Shown here piece by piece: positions 58,881 to 64,000 of a stretch of DNA of 64,000 bases (position 1 is its first letter; each line of letters begins with the position of its first letter). The position numbers and the translations under genes are program-made. The notes beneath the pieces are model-generated. The model did not search any database. It saw only the letters and a list, made by a program, of their open reading frames with translations, and was not told the origin of the DNA. The DNA comes from Candidatus Omnitrophota bacterium (GTDB taxonomy: Bacteria; Omnitrophota; Gorgyraeia; Zapsychrales; Zapsychraceae): contig JADFXQ010000004.1 in assembly GCA_015233495.1 (NCBI GenBank), forward strand, positions 1 through 64,000, in the 5' to 3' direction.

Positions 58881-59756
58881 ATGATATTTGAACTGCAAAT
58901 AACCAATGTCCCTGACTTGGAGCAGCTGCGCTCGATTTTGGCAGGCGCGGGAATCACGGCTGTGGATTTGGCAGAAATTGACCAGCCGGGTGATCTGCCC
59001 GCTTTGGCGATTTATCGGGAATCCTCGGCGGAGACAAGGCGGTTACGGGCCGCTTTCAGAAAAATTATTCCGGTGGAATGCGGCTTGATTTTGCGGGAGC
59101 TTAAAGTTGCGGATTGGCGGGATAAATGGAAAGAAGATTTTCAAGCTTTTCAATTGTCATCGCGGTTTGACGTTGTCCCGGCTTGGGACACAAAATATCT
59201 TCCTACGCCAAGAATGCCGATCCGTATGGATACTAGCCTGGCCTTTGGCACGGGTTTGCATGAAACAACCCGATTCATGGTAAAGCTTTTGGAAGGCGTT
59301 ATTGAGCAGGTGGATAGTTTTTTTGATATTGGCGCCGGCACCGGCATTCTGGCGATCGCGGCATCTTTTTTGGGAGTCAAATTGGTAGAGGCCGTTGAAA
59401 TCGACCCGGACGCGGTTAAAGTGGCACGGCAAAATTTTCGCCGCAACAAATTGTCCGTTCCGCGGATTTTTCGCCAAGATATTGGCAAATGTCTGCGGCA
59501 TAAACAATATGATTACGTAGCCGCGAATTTGATTACCCCGGATTTGATGCGCTTGAGCGATAAAATTGTTTCATTTGTTGCCCCGGGAAAATATTTGGCG
59601 CTATCCGGGATTTCTTTGGAAAATTATGACTTGATCAGAAAACACTTTTCTAAATATCCTTTTCATTACGTTAAAGCGGTCAAAGGCAAAGAATGGGTAG
59701 CGCTGTTGTGCCGCAGGACAGCAGACAATAGACGTTGGACCGGTGAGCTTCGATAA
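58881..59756 (+). CDS. prmA: Ribosomal protein L11 methyltransferase
   Basis: DWRDKWK, VVPAW, AFGTGLHETT, DIGAGTGIL, EIDPDAV, ANL, LSGI. Confidence 0.93.
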   Translation: MIFELQITNVPDLEQLRSILAGAGITAVDLAEIDQPGDLPALAIYRESSAETRRLRAAFRKIIPVECGLILRELKVADWRDKWKEDFQAFQLSSRFDVVPAWDTKYLPTPRMPIRMDTSLAFGTGLHETTRFMVKLLEGVIEQVDSFFDIGAGTGILAIAASFLGVKLVEAVEIDPDAVKVARQNFRRNKLSVPRIFRQDIGKCLRHKQYDYVAANLITPDLMRLSDKIVSFVAPGKYLALSGISLENYDLIRKHFSKYPFHYVKAVKGKEWVALLCRRTADNRRWTGELR

Positions 59757-59759
59757 AAT

Positions 59760-60575
59760 ATGCGCCAATATTTAGAGCTTGTTCAACATGTTCTTGATCA
59801 CGGGGAGACCAAAAAGGACCGCACTGGCACGGGAACCATTTCGGTATTTGGGTATCAAATGCGGTTTGATTTGCGCGAAGGGTTTCCGATTGTTACCACG
59901 AAAAAAATTTTATTCCCAGCGGTGGTTTGGGAGCTGTTGTGGTTTTTACGCGGGTCGACCAATATTCAGGATGATTTGACGCAACACACCCCGATCTGGA
60001 ATGCCTGGGCGAATAACCAGGGCGAGCTCGGTCCGGTTTATGGGTATCAGTGGCGCAAGTGGGATAAATTCACTTGGGATGATCAAGCGCGGCAATACCG
60101 TAAAGAACATATCGATCAAATCCGCCAGGCTTTGGCAATGATCGAAACGGATCCTGATTCACGTCGGATTATTATCAGCGCTTGGAACGTGGCCGATTTA
60201 TACCGGATGGCTTTGCCGCCTTGTCACGCGTTTTTTCAATTTGGGGTGGTGAAGGGACGTTTGGATTGTCAGTTGTACCAACGTTCCGCGGACATTGCGC
60301 TTGGCGTGCCTTTTAACATCAGCAGTTACGCTTTATTATTAGCGATGTTTGCCCAAGAATGCGGATTAACGCCGGGATTTTTTATTCATACTTTGGGCGA
60401 CGCCCATATCTACCTTAACCACATCGAAGGGTTAAAAACGCAATTGAACCGCGTTCCGAAAAAATTGCCGAGTTTGCTTTTGCCGTCTAAGCCGGTTTTA
60501 GAAATGAGGTTTGCGGACATTGAACTGGTCGATTATCAATATGCTGATTTTATAAAATTCCCGATTGCCGTATGA
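59760..60575 (+). CDS. thyA: Thymidylate synthase
   Basis: [46 protein letters not shown]. Confidence 0.98.
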   Translation: MRQYLELVQHVLDHGETKKDRTGTGTISVFGYQMRFDLREGFPIVTTKKILFPAVVWELLWFLRGSTNIQDDLTQHTPIWNAWANNQGELGPVYGYQWRKWDKFTWDDQARQYRKEHIDQIRQALAMIETDPDSRRIIISAWNVADLYRMALPPCHAFFQFGVVKGRLDCQLYQRSADIALGVPFNISSYALLLAMFAQECGLTPGFFIHTLGDAHIYLNHIEGLKTQLNRVPKKLPSLLLPSKPVLEMRFADIELVDYQYADFIKFPIAV

Positions 60576-61114
60576 AAACAAAATTTTCCATGATTGCCGC
60601 AGTTGACGCCAACTTGGGGATAGGCCGGGAAGGGAAGCTGCCCTGGTCGATTGCTCCGGATATGCGGCATTTTAAAGAATTGACTTTAGCCGCGCCGCCG
60701 GGGAAAAAAAATGTCGTGGTCATGGGACGCAAAACCTGGGAATCTCTCCCCGAGAAATTTCGACCGCTTCCCGGGCGTTGGAATGCGGTGATTTCCTCTC
60801 AGCGCGATTTTGGATTGCCGCAGGAAGTTTTACTCTCGCCGGATTTCCGGTCGGTTTTTTCTTCGCTCGAAAAATTATGGGGTGACACGGTGGGGGAAAT
60901 TTTTATTATCGGCGGGGCAGCAGTTTTCAAAGAGGGTTTAAATGACGCCGGTTGTGAACGGTTGTATCTGACGCGGATCTTAAAGGATTTTTGCTGTGAT
61001 GTTTTTTTTCCGGCTTTCGAGCCGGGGTTCGCCTTAACGCAGGAATCTCCGCCGGGGACTTTTTGCGGAATCGAATATTATTTTGCCGAGTATCGGCGGA
61101 GATTGAGAAAATAA
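60572..61114 (+). CDS. folA: Dihydrofolate reductase
   Basis: GIG..GKLPW...[31 protein letters not shown]. Confidence 0.96.
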   Translation: MKTKFSMIAAVDANLGIGREGKLPWSIAPDMRHFKELTLAAPPGKKNVVVMGRKTWESLPEKFRPLPGRWNAVISSQRDFGLPQEVLLSPDFRSVFSSLEKLWGDTVGEIFIIGGAAVFKEGLNDAGCERLYLTRILKDFCCDVFFPAFEPGFALTQESPPGTFCGIEYYFAEYRRRLRK

Positions 61115-61222
61115 ACAAGGCGTAGCTTTTTTTCAAATTATCATTTATAATAGAAATAGAAACATTGACGGGTGATTATTTATCCTATTGGCTGTAAGGG
61201 CCAACTGATCCTGTGAGTTTAT

Positions 61223-62407
61223 ATGCCGGATAAACGCCTCTCCGATAAATCTATTCTTCTCATCGATGACGATGACTCCCTCAGACAGACCCTGGCCATG
61301 CTTTTTGAAACCCGCGGATATAAAGTAACCACAGCGGCTACCGGTCAAGAGGCTTTACAGCGCGTGGCCTCCCGGCCGGATTTGATTCTTTTAGATTTGA
61401 TGCTGCCGGACCAAAATGGATTTGATGTTTGCCGCAAATTGAAATCGGACGCGCACGCCAGTTTAACTCCGATCATTATTTTGAGCGCCAAAATTTTATC
61501 CGGCGACATTGTGGAAGGGCTTTATCTCGGCGCGGACGATTATTTGACCAAGCCTTTTGATTTCGAAGAGTTGGTCGCGCGCGTGGAAGCGGTGATGCGC
61601 CGGGCCAGCGTTTTTCGGAAAAGTTTGACCAATCAAACGCGCGAAGAAGAAGTCATTGTAGAACTGCGCCGCATCATCGAAGATCGGAGGGTGTCTTCTT
61701 TTTTTCAGCCGATCTACGCGTTGCCCTCCGGCGATGTTTTCGGATATGAAATTTTAACCCGGCCGGACAGCAGCGCTTTATTGGCGAATCCCGAGCTTTT
61801 ATTTAAAGCGGCATTGCAGTTCGGCTGCTACGAGGAATTGGAATTCTTAGGTTGGGAAATGGCTTTGCAAAGATGTCAGGGGATCCCTCCGAAACAAAAA
61901 ATGTTTTTTAACTGCAACCCTTATTTTGTCGAAGGGACCCAAATTTCCCAAGTTAAAAATTTGTTCGCTAAACATAACGTTGATTCCCGCGATGTGGTTC
62001 TGGAAATCACCGAACGTTCAGCGATCGGTGATTATCACGGTTTTTTCAATCAGCTGCGGATCTATCGTGATTATGGCTTCAGTTTTGCCGTGGATGATGT
62101 CGGAGGAGGGTATTCCAGCTTGGAGTCGATTGTGGAGACCAAACCGGAGATTGTGAAAATTGATTATCATATAATCAATGGGATTGATCGCGATAATATC
62201 AAAAAAAGTTTGGTGAAATTTGTTTTAGCTTTTTCCCGGGAAAACCATATCCGGGTGGTAGCGGAAGGAATTGAAACCGAAGCGGAATTAAACACGGTTC
62301 AGAAATTAGGCGTTGAGCTTGGGCAAGGTTATTATTTGTGCCGGCCGAAGCAGAATATAAGTTCCATTCCTCCCAATTGTTTTCTTGCGGAAATTCCCGC
62401 GAAATAA
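61223..62407 (+). CDS. Response regulator receiver plus EAL c-di-GMP phosphodiesterase
   Basis: ILLIDDD, LDLMLPD, GADDYLTKPF; FQPI, YEILTR, LEITE, AVDDVGGGYSSL, VKID, VAEGIE, GQGY. Confidence 0.92.
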   Translation: MPDKRLSDKSILLIDDDDSLRQTLAMLFETRGYKVTTAATGQEALQRVASRPDLILLDLMLPDQNGFDVCRKLKSDAHASLTPIIILSAKILSGDIVEGLYLGADDYLTKPFDFEELVARVEAVMRRASVFRKSLTNQTREEEVIVELRRIIEDRRVSSFFQPIYALPSGDVFGYEILTRPDSSALLANPELLFKAALQFGCYEELEFLGWEMALQRCQGIPPKQKMFFNCNPYFVEGTQISQVKNLFAKHNVDSRDVVLEITERSAIGDYHGFFNQLRIYRDYGFSFAVDDVGGGYSSLESIVETKPEIVKIDYHIINGIDRDNIKKSLVKFVLAFSRENHIRVVAEGIETEAELNTVQKLGVELGQGYYLCRPKQNISSIPPNCFLAEIPAK

Positions 62408-62517
62408 TTATTTTACTCCTCGCGATATTCAAAGATTGAATTGCTTTTGATAATTATTTAAGTATAATAAACACAAATTTTCGTATCGGGCTTTTTTTCG
62501 TAACAGCTTGAAATTTC

Positions 62518-64000
62518 ATGACTAAAAAACTTCCGGAAAATTTTTTGTTGCCTGAAATGTCTTCATCGGGACCAGCTTTCGGTCAGCCATCGACCGCGGT
62601 TGATTTTACCTTGCAAAATACCGCTGAACAGAACGCGTCCCATCTAAGATATGCGGGTTTCAAAGGATCTTTTCTTACCGATCAGGATATTTATCTCTTT
62701 AAAGAAGGCACGCATTATCATTTATTTGACAAATTGGGGGCACATCCGGCGGTGTTCAACCAGGTGGCGGGTGTTCATTTTGCCGTTTGGGCGCCGAACG
62801 CCTCGTATGTCGCGGTTATCGGAGATTTTAACGGCTGGGATAAAGGCGCGCATCATTTGACCGGCCGCGCGGACGGGTCCGGGATTTGGGAATGTTTTGT
62901 CCCGGGCGCCTGCAAAGGACAAAAATACAAATATTTTATCCATTCTCGATTCGATAATTTTCAAATTGATAAAGCCGATCCCTACGCGTTTTTTAGTGAA
63001 AATCCCCCGCATACCGCGTCGGTGATTTGGGATTTGGACTATGCCTGGAACGACTCTGATTGGATGAAGCGTCGGTCTCAGTCCAATTCTCACCGGGCGC
63101 CGCTTTCTATTTATGAAGTTCATCTGGGATCATGGCGGCGCAAAAGCCATGAAGGCAATCGGGCGCTCACTTATCGGGAATTGGCAGTCGAATTGGTCCA
63201 ATATTTGAAAGATATCGGCTTCACGCACGTTGAGTTTATGCCAGTCATGGAACATCCGTTTTCCGGATCCTGGGGATATCAGACCACCGGATATTTCGCG
63301 CCTACTTCGCGTCACGGCACGCCGCAGGATTTTATGTTTTTGATTGACGCTTTGCACCAGGCGGGAATCGGGGTGATTTTGGATTGGGTGCCGTCGCATT
63401 TTCCTTCCGACGGTCATGGTCTGGCGTATTTTGACGGGACTCATTTGTTTGAGCATTCCGACCCGCGCAAAGGTTTTCATCCGGATTGGAAATGTTATGT
63501 CTTTAACAATGGCCGCAATGAGATCAAAGAATTTTTGATTTCCAGCGCTATGTTTTGGCTGGAAAAATACCACGCGGACGGGATCCGGGTCGACGCGGTG
63601 GCCTCAATGCTGTATCTGGATTATTCCCGGCAAGAGGGAGATTGGGCGCCCAATATTTACGGGGGCCGGGAGAATTTGGAATCGATAGCTTTTATTCAAA
63701 ACCTTAATAAAGCCGTGTATCATTTTCACCCAGACATTCAGATGATCGCGGAAGAATCGACGGCCTGGGGAAATGTTTCCCGGCCCGTGCATATCGGAGG
63801 TTTGGGCTTTGGCATGAAGTGGAACATGGGATGGATGCATGACACCTTAGTTTATTTTTCCAAAGATCCGGTTTACCGAAAATATCACCAGAATGATTTA
63901 ACGTTCAGTATGCTTTATGCCTATACCGAGAATTTTTTATTATCCTTATCGCACGACGAGGTAGTGCACGGCAAAGGATCTTTGATCACGAAAATGCCCA
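62518..64000 (+). CDS. glgB: 1,4-alpha-glucan branching enzyme (3' truncated by window edge)
   Basis: Open frame to end: [73 protein letters not shown]. Confidence 0.96.
   Translation, partial: MTKKLPENFLLPEMSSSGPAFGQPSTAVDFTLQNTAEQNASHLRYAGFKGSFLTDQDIYLFKEGTHYHLFDKLGAHPAVFNQVAGVHFAVWAPNASYVAVIGDFNGWDKGAHHLTGRADGSGIWECFVPGACKGQKYKYFIHSRFDNFQIDKADPYAFFSENPPHTASVIWDLDYAWNDSDWMKRRSQSNSHRAPLSIYEVHLGSWRRKSHEGNRALTYRELAVELVQYLKDIGFTHVEFMPVMEHPFSGSWGYQTTGYFAPTSRHGTPQDFMFLIDALHQAGIGVILDWVPSHFPSDGHGLAYFDGTHLFEHSDPRKGFHPDWKCYVFNNGRNEIKEFLISSAMFWLEKYHADGIRVDAVASMLYLDYSRQEGDWAPNIYGGRENLESIAFIQNLNKAVYHFHPDIQMIAEESTAWGNVSRPVHIGGLGFGMKWNMGWMHDTLVYFSKDPVYRKYHQNDLTFSMLYAYTENFLLSLSHDEVVHGKGSLITKMP

Overview
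Gene-dense bacterial chromosomal window, almost entirely on the + strand, from what looks like a metagenome assembly (44-N gap at 22932-22975). Gene content and protein style suggest a PVC-group lineage such as Ca. Omnitrophota (inference, not verified). Main blocks: (1) coiled-coil/TPR protein, AsmA, PilZ-TM-coiled-coil protein and uvrA; (2) a TPR-ExbB-ExbD module running into a type IV pilus/T2SS-like cluster (PilX-like, fused PilMN, PilO, PilP-like, secretin, MshEN-PilB, PilC, four more pilins, and an embedded TMTC-like glycosyltransferase); (3) tRNA-Ala(CGC) plus an AbrB/RelE-like toxin-antitoxin pair; (4) rsmE, recA-recX-alaS-hisDBHAFI-trpE, rpsP-yajC-secDF, a short mfd and surA; (5) an AT-rich glycosylation island splitting surA from pdxA-rsmA; (6) PilZ, NUDIX, fba and GYD genes; (7) a minus-strand pair of pilins, one an ~823-aa mucin-like/Cys-rich giant pilin split by a 1-nt frameshift; (8) gpmI, ArnT-like glycosyltransferase, prmA, thyA-folA, REC-EAL and partial glgB. 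The strongest novelty candidate is a glycosylated, c-di-GMP-controlled pilus system with giant Cys-rich adhesin pilins. Also notable are a minimal Mfd and in-frame TGA codons in hisB and the toxin. All family calls come from motif recognition by eye; no database searches were run.
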